64,000 bases of DNA, from the NCBI RefSeq assembly GCF_031769215.1, contig NW_026781974.1:558001-622000 (forward strand), given 5' to 3'. The translations under genes were made by a program, and so were the position numbers. This document shows positions 37,251-50,231 of this stretch, in pieces. Source of the DNA: Ylistrum balloti. Its lineage: Eukaryota. Under the pieces are notes generated by a model, which did no database searches, had not been told where the DNA came from, and worked only from the letters and a program-made list of their open reading frames with translations. Numbering within the stretch: position 1 is the stretch's first letter; each line of letters begins with the position of its first letter.

Positions 37251-37639
37251 TGAAGGGGACAGAAAACAGAGGAACCGTTTTAAATTCTTTCTTCTGTAGC
37301 CTACGGAGTTTCAACATTACTGACGACTCACAAGGATGAAACAGGTTATATGATGCAGTTAAATTTATTATAAAACTACACGGAAAGGTGTTATTCATGT
37401 TCTTGGGGTGTTAAGGAATTCTCTAGAATTGAGAAAGGTCTGTAGTCTTATCATTGAGTGGTAATCCATATGATTGTCATGATGAAACATGAAGTCAGCG
37501 TTTCGTTAATAATAGGCATATCATTGTAAGACGACAATGAAACGTATAAATATAGTTGTGAGTTTAAGAGTTTTTAGTCATACTTGCCCATAAAACAAAA
37601 GTTTCTGTAACAAAAAATCATATCACCATTTCAAGTTTT

Positions 37640-38596
37640 TCAGGAGCAAATGGTAATGTCATAATTAATCATTTTTTTTGTAAACATATATGCGTGGATG
37701 CAGCCATCGTAGAGTTTATACAACATAACAGACAGAACTGAACGGTCGATGTTACAGCCCTCTACTTGATCTTCACTGTATGCTGTCTTGTTAGTCCTTA
37801 TTCCTCTAGTAACTCCACACGGATGCGCGGAAATGGTTTGTTGTGAAGAAAAACATTTACGTCTGACAGCGCATTTTACCCATGGCGTTATAACTGTCTC
37901 CATGACATCAGTTCGTCTGTTGACAAGAAGCCACTCGGTGTTTAATTCTCTGGAATATTCATAAAAAATTGGCTCATCGCGAACACTATGTATTACAAGG
38001 TCCCTTGTGGCCTTGGCATTGAGATGCTTTACTCCATCTAGGACAATTATTCCGCTTTTAGCAGATCGTCCAAGATCAAACAAAATGTCTAACTTACCAT
38101 CGGAGTGGAACCGGAGAGAAGGTCCGACCCACATCACGAAATCATACTCTACTAGAACTTCCTCTAGAATTACCGGCTTTAAGGCACCTGAATGAATTCG
38201 TTGTAACTGAGACGGATATTTGGAGAAAGGAAACCGACGTATTTCAATGGTTGCGCTGTTTGGCAAACTAAACAATGTATCGTTTTGAATTTCTGTCAAG
38301 CCAATGTCATAGAATATTACATGCATGCTCGGATGCTGTCGAGTCAAATGCACCAACACCGTTTGTAGCATAGCAATCGATTGGTCAAAATTTTTCGCAT
38401 GCGCCGCAGACACAACGATGGGCAAATCGTCTATTTCTTTTACCATAGGTAAGACAGGAGGAATATATTCTTCGTCTTCAAAACAGTGGAGCTTTTCTTT
38501 CACCAAGTTCAACATCACGATTAAAAAAAGTACCGAGACAAGAAAGAGAACTAATCCCACTAATCCGACAGCTGATGAAGCGGGTCGTGTTTCCAT
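37640..38596 (-). CDS. DUF1647-like type II membrane protein, 318 aa (putative Golgi glycosyltransferase-like)
   Basis: Acceptor TGTTTTGTTTTACAG ends 4 nt before ATG 38596; TM VGLVGLVLFLVSVLFLIVML; PIVVSAA...F, VIFYDIGL, IRRFPFSKYP, KPVILEEVL, VMWV..SLRF and Cys-rich C-terminus match my recollection of DUF1647 (PF07801) proteins. Confidence 0.7.
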   Translation of the reverse strand: METRPASSAVGLVGLVLFLVSVLFLIVMLNLVKEKLHCFEDEEYIPPVLPMVKEIDDLPIVVSAAHAKNFDQSIAMLQTVLVHLTRQHPSMHVIFYDIGLTEIQNDTLFSLPNSATIEIRRFPFSKYPSQLQRIHSGALKPVILEEVLVEYDFVMWVGPSLRFHSDGKLDILFDLGRSAKSGIIVLDGVKHLNAKATRDLVIHSVRDEPIFYEYSRELNTEWLLVNRRTDVMETVITPWVKCAVRRKCFSSQQTISAHPCGVTRGIRTNKTAYSEDQVEGCNIDRSVLSVMLYKLYDGCIHAYMFTKKMINYDITICS

Positions 38597-38969
38597 AACT
38601 CTGTAAAACAAAACATATTATTAGAGTCACAATACGGATTGTATTCGGCATACATGATATAATCTTCCTTAAGATTGATTTTTTTTCTTCAAATTCCTTC
38701 ATTCAATGTCTTTTGAAATTCACATAAGTTTAAATTTTCTTTTCCCTTTCAACACTGATAAGGTTAATGAAAGCTTAATACAACGTAGTTTAGTTCATAA
38801 AGGAGACACGTGTAATCGCTTTAAAATATAGATGTTAGAAGTTAAACTTCTGTAAAACATGAAATAAAAACTTAGACCGTAAACTCAAATATTGAAGTAT
38901 TATTTTAATCCTATTTTCGCAAAATCTCAATGCATGGTATTGCTAGTGTAATTAAAACAATAATTTAGG

Positions 38970-40670
38970 TAAATAGGATACTTACATATCATTAATGAAA
39001 TAGAAGTTTCTATTTGTCTTAATTAATTATAACACAATTTTTAGCATATAAAAGTATTATAAAATAGTTATTAGATATTAATATTTAATATTATTATTCA
39101 TTATTTAATGATTATCATGTAAGATTATGTTTAATTAATAAATAAAATTCATTAAGTCACATTGATATACTGATGTCAGCAATAAAATTGGATTTATATT
39201 TATACATGTAATAGTAAATCAATTTGCACATTTTAGCACTAAAATAAACTATTATTTAAAATAAACAGTAAACCCCTAAATGAAGCTGAATTAGCACTTG
39301 TCTATGACAATACATTATCTACTTTATGTCCTTTTGCAACCTTTGATAGTCAAGTACTAGATAAGTCTCTACTAGAAAACACAAAACACTCTATCCAAGA
39401 TGGAGAAGCTCGGATGCTGAATCAGCATAGGTCATCAGGTCGATCGTCCCAGTCAGATGACGGTCCTTCAAGGTGGCCAGGCGTCTGTAAATGATGGTGT
39501 ATTTCTTGTTCCGGGGTTGAATGGTGCCTCCTGCATCTCCCTGAATCCGACTGATATCATTCATGCTTTGTATGTCCTTAAGCGTCTGGATGATGGTGTA
39601 GATGTTGGGGTGGGCATGCAGTACCTTCTTCAGTTTCCTATGCCAAGCTTTACCATGGTTGGTAGTCCGGGGTCCCTCTGTTGAGAAGTGGTTCCAGGTT
39701 GTTTTTGATCTCCCTCTATCTGTGACGTAATCTGTGAATGACAACACGGGATGTGGGATGTCAGCATCATCAGCTTCCTCAAGGGTTTGTAACCAGACGT
39801 TCTCAAAGCGGTTTAAGGGGATGAGTGGCATAACAGCTGCTCGTCGTACAAGTAGTTTGACGTCATTGTTGTTACGGTACAGTGTCTGGAGTCCGATTGA
39901 CTGGGCCTTTCGCCAAATGCACTGGGTGTAGTGGAAAAAAAGTCCTGTAATGGTGATAACTTAGAATACACTTCGTTGTTGGTGATCTGGTTCCTGATCT
40001 GTTGGCGTGGTTGTGTGGATTTCTTCCAGAGTTAGCTGGTATGTTGTCTACTGTCGAGAGGGATGCTGAACAGCCTGAGGTCAAACATCTCCAGAATGTC
40101 CTGTTGACGTTTTTTCGAATCTGTCTGTAGATGGATCCATTATGCGAAAGGTTCTGTCCACCTCTTCAGTTTGTGATGAACTTAACGTTGATCTGAGCGT
40201 TAGCCATCCTGTACTTGTATCAAACCACACAGATAATATCACTCAAAATAAACCCACTTTACACTAGGCTGAAAAAAGTACAAGATTAATATATGACAAA
40301 AGTTACGATAATTTACACTAACCTAAAGAAAGTGCAATGTGACAAAAGTTAAACAATAAATGAAGCATTGAGAAATTGATGCTTGAAAGTGCAGATTGAT
40401 ATATGATAATTATCCTAAATGTACTGTGGTTATATACATTTCCCATTGAACAGCTTGGGATTGCAACAGTCTTAACAAGTATGTTTTATTCATTTATTTT
40501 ACAGTTATTAACAGTTTTCTGAACAGTTATCAGAACTTGATTATCTTATTTACCTGTACAAGTTACCTGTACAACAATTCCAGACTACAACTCACTATTA
40601 TCACAACTGAGCTATGTTATATTTAAACATTGCACCGAGAAGATCTACCCAGAGGCCGAGATAAACTGTT
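38970..40670 (-). mobile_element. FLYWCH-MULE DNA transposon, copy A (internally deleted, TIRs not seen)
   Basis: FLYWCH start near 40205 fused to LFFHYTQCIWRKAQSIGL...TTWNHFSTEGPRTTN..KAWHRKL; flanks homologous to copies B and C. Confidence 0.85.
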
Positions 40671-42452
40671 TATTGAAATGTGTTAGACAAGCTATTGGCG
40701 TATTTCTAAAGGTAGAGTACAATTATCATTACCTGTGGAGGCCCCAGGCAGTGTGTTCGACCATTCATTGAGTCATTCCATTGACTTATCCAACACCAAG
40801 CCAGCGATCTTGTTGTTAAAAACATACCGTACGCTTAATGGGCAGATGAATGAAGGATTATAGTCCATGAATAAAAGAGTATGGTCCATTTCAGATGAGT
40901 TTACCCGAAGTTGGTCTGACTTATGTTTGAACCTGGCGACGTACATTAATATCATGTAAAATATTTTTATTGATAATTAACATATCAATATGACATTTAA
41001 CATAATGACAAAATCATCTGAATATTCTATTATTCATTGAAGTTAGAGCTCCTTCCGTGGAATATAGAATATATCTAAAGTAATAATAATGTTGTTTTTT
41101 CACAATTATGATAAAATCATATAAATATGGGATATAAGATATGGGATATTAAATAAGATTTTCTTTCATATGATTTTACCACCTAGTCTTAGAAGTTTTC
41201 ATTTTTGCAGGACTTCGTTTCGGGGTTTCATAAAAATTTCACATGAAATGAAAACATACTTTTAAAACATTATAAGTCAGAAGAGTTGCGTTTCAACAGG
41301 TTTCCGAGTCAACGTCAAGCTGTGGAGGACAAAATCAAATAGAGGCAGTCATTTTATCGCGCCATTTTCAATACATGACGTAATTTCATTGTCCACATAA
41401 TGACATCACAATCGATTTCTGAATGACACGACGAATGAAAACTGCTCCAGGGTGTATTACACAAGTGACACTTCCGGAATAACAGGCTTATTATGTGATC
41501 AACTTATAAACGGCACTTTTAGCACAAATATGGTTTTGTATTAAAAGGTTGCTTGGAAAATTACAAAAAATGTCTCTTATTCAACTAAAAAAAAATAAGA
41601 ATAATATATGAAAATGGATTATTTTTTATATTTTTTTTATATACACGTGTCCCATGTCTGTATCGGAAAAAGAAATGCAGCAACATATTGATTTTTCTGA
41701 AATGTAGCTTTTCAAAAATAAGAATCAAAAGTTGAATTAAAAAGTATCGCCACTAAACCTTCATGCATCCCTAAATTTTCATTATATTTTTTAATGTCTG
41801 AATAACTAGGTACTAATTCTAAACAAACAATAATATCCATGTTCCTGACTTTGATTGTATTTTGGGAATGGCACCAGCGAGACGAAAGAGTTGGGTACCT
41901 TGTACCGACAACTTTTAATACATATGCCGGACTCTATTGAGCCAGAATGGAACAGACACCAAAGTTATCTTTTTGAGATTTAGATTTTATTGGTACTCTC
42001 AGACATGCAAAGTATGTTACAAGAGGTCAGATTACAAATAAAAAAAAATCTTGGCATGGCGGTAAACAATTACATACATAATATTATTTTAGCTACGTAC
42101 ATTCAATAGATTATCAAGCGTTTCAAGAAATTTACTGAGATCTGATGAAACTTTAACATTACATACAGAAAAAAGACCATGCATTTTTGTAATTTTGTCG
42201 ATGACCACAGGATATAACGAGCCGGACAGCATGTGGACGACAACAGGGAGACTGTTTTTATTTTGTATTTATTTTTCAGATTTTAGTGTCACTTGTTAAT
42301 ACAACTTTTAACGAGGTACCTGAGAAATTTAAACATAAAACTATATTTACATCCAGACATCAATGGTTTATGAGACACTTCCAATCTTTACAATATCTTC
42401 AATAATCCATACATAGGAAAAGAGAAATTAAGGACATTACCTAAATTACAAG

Positions 42453-44701
42453 GGCTCATTCCCCGAACACCAACTCTGCCAACTTGAAAGGAGGGTGTTT
42501 ATAAAGGGAATCCTTTGATGTTAAAGTTATAGTCTGTTTCAACTAAGAATGTCAACTTGTCCTTGTAAATAGGATACGTACATATCAATAAGGAAATAGG
42601 TAAAGTTTTTTTTTGTTTTACATATATAAATGTAACACATTTTTGTAGTATATGAAGTTTTACAAAATAGTTATTAATTATTAGTATTTAAAATTGTTAT
42701 TTATTATTTTAATGATTATCATATAAGATTTTATTTAATTGATAAATAAAATTTAGTAAGTCACAATGATACACTGATGTCTGTTATTAAATTGTATTTG
42801 TATTACATATATATGATGTTGAAACATTATCCACATCTTAGCATTAAATAAAGTATGATCTAATATAAATAGTAAACCCCTAAATGAAGCTGAATTAGCA
42901 CTATGTATGACAATACATAATCCATTTATCTAGATATTATGTCCTTTTACAACCTGTGATAATCAAGTAATCCATAAGTCCAGAAAACACAAAACACTCT
43001 ATCCAAGATACAGAAGCTCGGATGCTGAATCGGCATAGGTCATCAGGTCGATTGTCCCAGTCTGGTAACGGTCCTTCAAGGTGGCCAGGCGTCTGTCAAT
43101 GTTGGCGTATTTCTTCTTCCGGGGTTGAATGGTGCCTCCTGCGTCTCTCTGAATCCGGCTGATGTCGTTCATGTTCTGTATGTCCTTAAACGTCTGGATG
43201 ATGGTGTAGATGTTGGGGTGGGCATGCAGTACCTTCTTCAGTTTTCCTTGCCAAGCTTCCAGATGGTTAGTAGTCCGGGGTCCCTCGGTTGAGAAGTGGT
43301 TCCAGGTGGTACGATCTCCCTCTATCCATTGTGTGCAGTTACCTCAAAATCGACGAAGGCTGTAGTGGGTCGGAATGGAATGTCGAAGTGTGCCATGTGA
43401 TCCTGGAGAAGGGTGAAGAAACGGCTGTAGATTGCCTGGCTCTTTACGGGAAGTAATGCGTATACGACTGGTGTCATGATGCCTTCATTCTGTACATGGA
43501 CGCTGTAAATCTGATGAAACATTGTTGGACAGTTGTAGAAAGTTCCGTCACAGAAGAAGGTGTCAGATGCTGCAAGTTCGGCCAGGTTCTCCGACGAAGC
43601 GAATGCGATCATCCTGTTGTTCTGTTCACCGTCGTCAAAGAGGAGAAATGGTTCGCCTGTAGATGCTTCTGTCCATCTTCCATCCAAGGTGATGTCGGCC
43701 AAAGTCTTTGGTAGTGGAGGAGTCTGCTTGCGGCGAGCACGGTAAAGAGACGATTTCGCTGTGTAGAATGTTGGTAGTCGCTGGACCACGGCCTTGGAAG
43801 TGTCATCCCAGTCGTTGTCTCGGAGTTGATTGAGCTCTTCCTCAAAGATGGACGGAATAGGCTGGACCGATTATACGCATTTGTTGGTGATCTGGTTCAT
43901 GATCTGTTTGGCTACAACACTGGCTGGGTCTGAGGCGTGGGTGTGTGGATTTCTTCCGAAGTTAGCTGGTATGTTGTCGATTGTCGAGAGTGATGCTGAG
44001 CAGCCTGAGGTCGAACATCTCCAGAATGTCCTGCTGCCGTTCTTTCGAATCTGTCTGAAGATGAATCCATTATGTGAAAGGTTCTGTCCGCCTCTTCTGT
44101 TGGTGATGAACTTAACGTTGATCTGAGCATTAGCCATACTGTCCTTGTATCAAACAACAAAGATAATAATATCACTCAAATTAAACACAATTTACATAAA
44201 AACTGAGAGAGATTAAATAATATAGAAAATACTAGATTAACTAATATTTGACAAAAGTTACAATTTACACAAAAACTGAGAGAAAATACAAGATTAACTA
44301 ATATATATATGAGAAAAGTTATGATTTGACAATATATATCTGTGACAAAAGTACAGTAATAAATCAAGCAATGATTGAGATATTGATCTTTCAAAGTGCA
44401 GATTGAAATATGATAATTTCCCAAAATGAACTTGGCTTTTATACATTTCCCATTGAATAGCTTTAACACAGATATTTGATTCCTTTATTTTACAGTTATT
44501 AACAGTTTTCAGTTTTCTGAACAGTTATCAGAATCAGAACTTAATCATCTGATTTACCTGTTTTCTAAATAGTTATCAGAATTTACCTGTGCAAGTTACC
44601 TGTACTACAATTCTAAAACAGCTTATAATCCACTATCATCACAGTTGACCTCCTATGTAAACATGTTGTCATATACAGAGTTGGTGTTCGGGGAAGACCC
44701 C
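42453..44701 (-). mobile_element. FLYWCH-MULE DNA transposon, copy B (TIRs and TSD intact, transposase broken)
   Basis: 26-bp imperfect TIR GG....TTCCCCGAACACCAACTCTG; 8-bp TSD ATTACAAG (42445-42452 and 44702-44709); FLYWCH ORF 43871-44137; MULE core FCDGTF...VYALLP...FVDFE at 43322-43789. Confidence 0.92.
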
Positions 44702-44789
44702 ATTACAAGATATGTCTACTAGGTAAAACAAGTGATGAGTAGAAAAATCCTTATATATAATTTAGGAACATTCTCCCTCTATTTAACAG

Positions 44790-45130
44790 TCTTTCATAAA
44801 AAAATGATATCTGTATTGTCTATCGATAATTAATTTTTTCAGTACTATCACAATCTTCAAACAAATCACATCAGTTCTCCATCTGATGAAATATGTTAAG
44901 TCTTTGGTCGCTATAAAGAGGACAGAAGCATAAATTTTCAGACTTTCAGTCTCCACTGAGTTAGTGCAGAAAAAGCAAAATCGACCATGTAAAAAAATCG
45001 TGGGTCTACGATATCGACCAATCTCAATCCTTAAAGGAACACTATCACATCTGAGCTTGGTTAGAGCACTACGGTAAGATCTAGGCATATACTGTTTAAC
45101 ATGGTGTTCTAAGTTTAAATTATTCCTTGT
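44790..45130 (-). mobile_element. 3' ORF2 fragment of a CR1/L2-group LINE
   Basis: RSYRSALTKLRCDSVPLRIEIGRY...RFCFFCTNSVETE resembles the conserved R.AL.K.RC...PL.IE.GRY...R.C..C...E.E C-terminus. Confidence 0.75.
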
Positions 45131-45329
45131 ATTTTCTGTATGTCCGCAGTTTGTTTCCGTTTCCATGGCTACGATCACCTCCAAGTTGACCGAACCGGTC
45201 ACTTTCGTCCTTCTGTTTACATTAGTTTTAAGACATTAAAAGTGTGGGCAGTGGGTATGGCCCCGATGTGACTATTCGATGATAGTCACGAGTCCCACCC
45301 AGATCATCAGGTTCGCTTTTACCTTCATT

Positions 45330-45600
45330 GAATAATGTTTCAGATCGAATTTAATCAAAATCCAATGGAGTATGATTTTAAAGAATTTGCCCCATTTTCA
45401 AATTTGGCCATGCCCTTCCCGCTCCAGAGGGCAAAGACCCACGGTTTATGCAAAATTCATTTCCCTTCACCCAAGAATGCATCAGCCCAAATTTGGACAA
45501 ACTCAATTATTTCCTACCGGAGAAGTAGGATTTTAAAGAATTTGATCTATTTCCCCTATTGGACCCCGTACCTCTTACCCAAGCTGTAAACAGCCAAGGT
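45330..45600. mobile_element. Relic of bivalve-type Helentron/HINE-like repeat
   Basis: TTCATTTCCCTTCACCCAAGAATGCATCAGCCCAAATTTGG...GGAGAAGTAGGATTTTAAAGAATTT motifs; family by recognition only. Confidence 0.45.
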
Positions 45601-46860
45601 AATTTTGAGACTGGGTATCCTTGAACAATAGGTGTCTAATCTCACTACACAATATACAGCAGAACTGTCGCATGTCATCGAGATTAACCATGTAAAGTGC
45701 CAACCCAAGATCGCAACCACAGCTCGTTTCTCACCTTCTGTTACAAAGATTAAAATTGTAAAATGTTTGGATTTAAATAATTGCGATTTGCATATCATAG
45801 ACTCCACTTTGTTTATCGGATATCCTGGTCGGAGATTCCTTTCAGCTTGTATATTGAGGTAAATGATTACATTTAGCTATAAACCAGTGATGTATTATAC
45901 AGTATTATACGTCCCTGCTATAAACCATTGTTTTTTTGGGTATTATACGACAGCCTGGCAGAAACTTACATGGAGCTTGCCGGTTCGTCTTTTTCCTTTT
46001 AGAATCGGGTATGTAATCATGTAGGAGCACTTTAACATTAATATAACCTCACCATAATCATCTTAACAAATATAAAGCATATATTATAACTGTATATTCT
46101 AAGTCCTGTAGAGGTTCATTAATGGTCCTGTAATAAACTTAACTACTAATTGATATCCAAAAGTAGTAACCAAGTATTATTAGTATGACATTATTAACGG
46201 CCCGTCAACACATAAAAAGTCTGTAGAGCCATCAACCGGTAAAACCACACAGCGTAGTAGTAAACAAGGAACACCCCAATTGGGCCTCGGTTACCAATAG
46301 ATTTTATGTAGAGTATCTAACGAGTTCTGGTTACAAAGTGTGCTTACTAAAGTATATTTATTGTTTCGTATGTGCAATGGACGCAACAGTCGTCTACTAC
46401 AAAATGGTTATCTTGAGACAGAACAAAATCTAAGCCTATGCAGATTAAATTCTTTAAAGTATCGAAGTTATAAACCAGAATTTGTTCAGGTTATTAGTTT
46501 CAGATATCTGTAAAAAGGGTTTACTGTAGCTATGAGAACCAGCTATCCTAAGCTGTAATTAAATCAAAGACGACAGGTTACTATAACAACGGGTGTTAGT
46601 GGTAATACTTACTTGGTTTATCGTCGGAATACAGAACATATTACACGGCCTAAACATTCCATTGTATGTATAATGAAATTCGAATTCAAAGAGGAACCCG
46701 GTTATATTAACGATATCAGTCAATTGTCGAGATGACCCCATTGTCAAAATTGTATATAGCCTACGGTATCTCATTGGACCAATGCTGTGTATATATATAA
46801 ATACGACCAAATATAAACCATAAAATGTCTTCCGAACTTTGGTAAAACACCTGTGTTGGT

Positions 46861-47232
46861 CTGAATCAACAGTACAGTCTTCATGGTGAACGTCAGTCAC
46901 AAACCAGAGTATATCTGAATCAACAGTACATAGTCTTCATGGTGAACGTCAGTCACAAACCAGAGTATATCTGATTCAACAGTACATAGTCTTCATGGTG
47001 AACGTCAGTCACAAACCAGAGTATATCTGAATCAACAGTACATAGTCTTCATGGTGAACGTCAGTCACAAACCAGAGTATATCTGATTCAACAGTACATA
47101 GTCTTCATGGTGAACGTCAGTCACAAACCAGAGTATATCTGAATCAACAGTACATAGTCTTCATGATGAACGTCAGTCATAAACCAGAGTATATCTGAAT
47201 CAACAGTACATAGTCATCAAGGTAAACGTCAG
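46861..47232. repeat. 56-bp minisatellite, about 6.5 copies
   Basis: CTGAATCAACAGTACATAGTCTTCATGGTGAACGTCAGTCACAAACCAGAGTATAT at 46915, 46971, 47027, 47083, 47139. Confidence 0.95.
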
Positions 47233-49142
47233 CTAGATTCAATCTGTAACAATTGTACAACTGAATAACAGGAAAGAAAGCTTTTAACACAGAAACGCTG
47301 CTAGGAAGTATCAACTTTAATGACAGTGCACCGTTTTTCCTACTGTGTACTTTAAAAAACTATTTCAATCAAAACAATATTTAGTCAAATACAACACACA
47401 TGATATTTAAATTCAATCGAATTGCAAACATGGCTTACAGGATAAAAGATATGAAATATCCATGAGGATTTGAATCAAAACACTTTTAAATAAATTCCAT
47501 ATTTTCTTGAGAATATCTGATAATTTTTGTTATTTTACTAGTCATATTCAAATTTGCCATCTTCACAGTATACGCCTTAAAATTCATTACTTTTTGGGGG
47601 AGTAACCTCCCTTGACACAATAGAATTCTTATTCAAAGTTTAACTTCTCAGGAACAATTTTTATAGGTGAAAAAATCACCTTTCAGTCTTACTGTAAATT
47701 AGAAATATCAATAGCAGCTTATTTTACTGTTCACCATTAGATCGAGTACAGAAAATTCGTAATTCAAACAAAAATCTGGGAAACTTAATATACAAACACA
47801 CAGTCAATCTACACAGACATGCTCTACTTGTGTGAACAGCTTGAGTAAAAAAAACACGCTCAAAATACAAGGACACTCTTAACTTATAAGGATACACTGG
47901 TCTTACATGGATACATTTGTCTTACAAGGATACACTCGACTTAAAGGAACATACTGAAAGAAGATAATAGGATTATGTACTTGGAAGGTGAAATCTCTTC
48001 TACAACAATCAAGTGATTTGTCACTTCCTGAATATCTGGAGTATTAACAACAAAATCAAACTATATAGACATAAAACATTATCAATAAAAAAAATCAGTA
48101 ACTAAATAAAATTATGTCACAACAGCTTTCAAAACGAGATCACTATGACAACAATGACGTCAACAGTCTGTAATAAACAACTTGTGAGCTGGCCAATACA
48201 AATACAACGCTCAAACAGGCTATAACCTAATGATTTATTATTATGCCAAACTGCAAGGCTGTGAGATTTATGAAGGGGGGTGGGGGGATAACTCAGGGGA
48301 AACAGCACTATCACACTAGTCATATCTTTATACATACTAGTATATCTATGATCAATAAAAAGATAGGATCATAACAACCTTAACTTGTGGTAACTTTAAT
48401 CACATAAATCCATTATAAAAATACAATCCATAAACAATGTAAAGAGAAATAATTTTAAAAGTTTTAACTGTCCTAGGGCTATTGTTCACTCGTTATCTCT
48501 CATTTTTATTTTGTTTGGTTGTATTGACTGCATTAGGCTAGTAGCACAATTAAGAATATACACATCTACCTTACACTCTCTTGAAATAATGTAATATTGA
48601 AAAATTAGAAATTGTGACATTTAAAAAAGACATTTACAAAAAGACAACAGAACCCCACCTGGTTTCTGACATCTCTTTTGCTCAATTTTATTTTTCCTTG
48701 CCACATCAGTTTTTCTTTTTTAGCCATTAGCATCACTGATGAGTTCTAGAAACAGCTAACACAGTTTGATGGAATGGGTCTACTGTATATATCTAACTGT
48801 ATATTTATATTGAATGATGCTCTACACTTGTGTGTGTTTGGTAAAATATCTGTTACATGATGATCTGATCAAGTTGGAATAAACACCATCTATTATCATT
48901 AATATAGAATATTTAGTCATTCATAATTGATGACATGTGTCTATGATAAATGATCATCGAAACAGAAGTCTAACAGGGCTATATCTAGGAGATTCCTTTG
49001 TGTACAGTCACCTTATTCCTATTTCAAAATTTCTGTTTATGGTTAGAGATTCTGATATGTATTCATGGTGACAATCCCACAAAGCATAAATGTAATTGAT
49101 CTAGAATACTTGTATATTGCTGAAATAACATATATTCTTGAA

Positions 49143-49374
49143 CAGACCATGTGAAATACACCAGTCCATCAGACAATGTCTGGTAAATCTACCGTCGGTC
49201 TGGACAAGAAAAACACAATACTAGATGGAATGTCCGGTATCTGCTTGCTTGTTAGAAGACCCTGAAATCACATAAAATCTAAAATGTCCTGTAGAAGTTC
49301 GTCCAGGCTGGTGAAAAGTCAATTATTACCAGACCGAATGTCCTGTAAAGAAATTTTATATTTCGCATGGTCTG
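49143..49374. mobile_element. 232-bp MITE-like element
   Basis: CAGACCATGTGAAATA ... TATTTCGCATGGTCTG, 16-bp TIR with 1 mismatch; no clear TSD. Confidence 0.55.
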
Positions 49375-49439
49375 ATTGTAAAAGAAAACATTGTACAATT
49401 GGAATAGAATATTATCACAAAGAAGATAATATACATTAC

Positions 49440-49870
49440 TTGTGACTCAGATATTACCATAAAGAAAATAATATAAAATAGTATACAATTTAATAGTATC
49501 ACAAAGAAAATAATGTACAATTTTTGTAACTGGAATATTATCATTTAGAAAATAATGTATAATTTTTGTAACAGGAAAGATATCATTTAGAAAATAATAC
49601 AAAATACTTTAACAAGAACACTATTGTGAAGAAAAAAATGTACAATTTTTGTAACTGGAAAGTTATCATTTAGAAAATAATACAAAAATACTGTTAACAT
49701 GAACACTATCGTGAAAAAAATAATGTACAATTTTTGTAACTGGAATATTATCATTTAGAAAATAATACAAAATACTTTTTAACAAGAACACTATTGTGAA
49801 GAAAAATGTACAATTTTTGTAACAAAAGAAAATAATGCACAATAAAAAACTGGGATATTATCATTAAGAA
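49440..49870. repeat. Irregular AT-rich tandem repeat
   Basis: Recurrent AATGTACAATTTTTGTAACTGGAA.ATTATCATTTAGAAAATAAT and AACAAGAACACTATTGTGAAGAAAAA blocks. Confidence 0.8.
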
Positions 49871-50231
49871 TCACAATATGATGAGGCCCAATGGGCCTGA
49901 ATCAATACCTTAAATTTACATTAAAGAATTTGTTGGTTTCAGTAAATTTCTAAAATCTTGAAAGCCTTTTCTTATCACATAAATACCATGACACAGGACC
50001 TACTAGTACCACTTGTTTTAAAAGAAGAAATTTTAAGCTGTATTTATGCAACTAACCCCAGAAATTTTAAAACTAAGTCAAGATCAGTCATTTGAACAAA
50101 TTTATAAGCCCTTAACCTCAGCATGAAACTCTGCCAATATCGAAGTTCTTTTGAATTTTTTCATACATTTAATCCCTGTGACAATAAAAGTCCTTCACTT
50201 GAGCAAACTTTAGCTTTCATTACAACATTCT

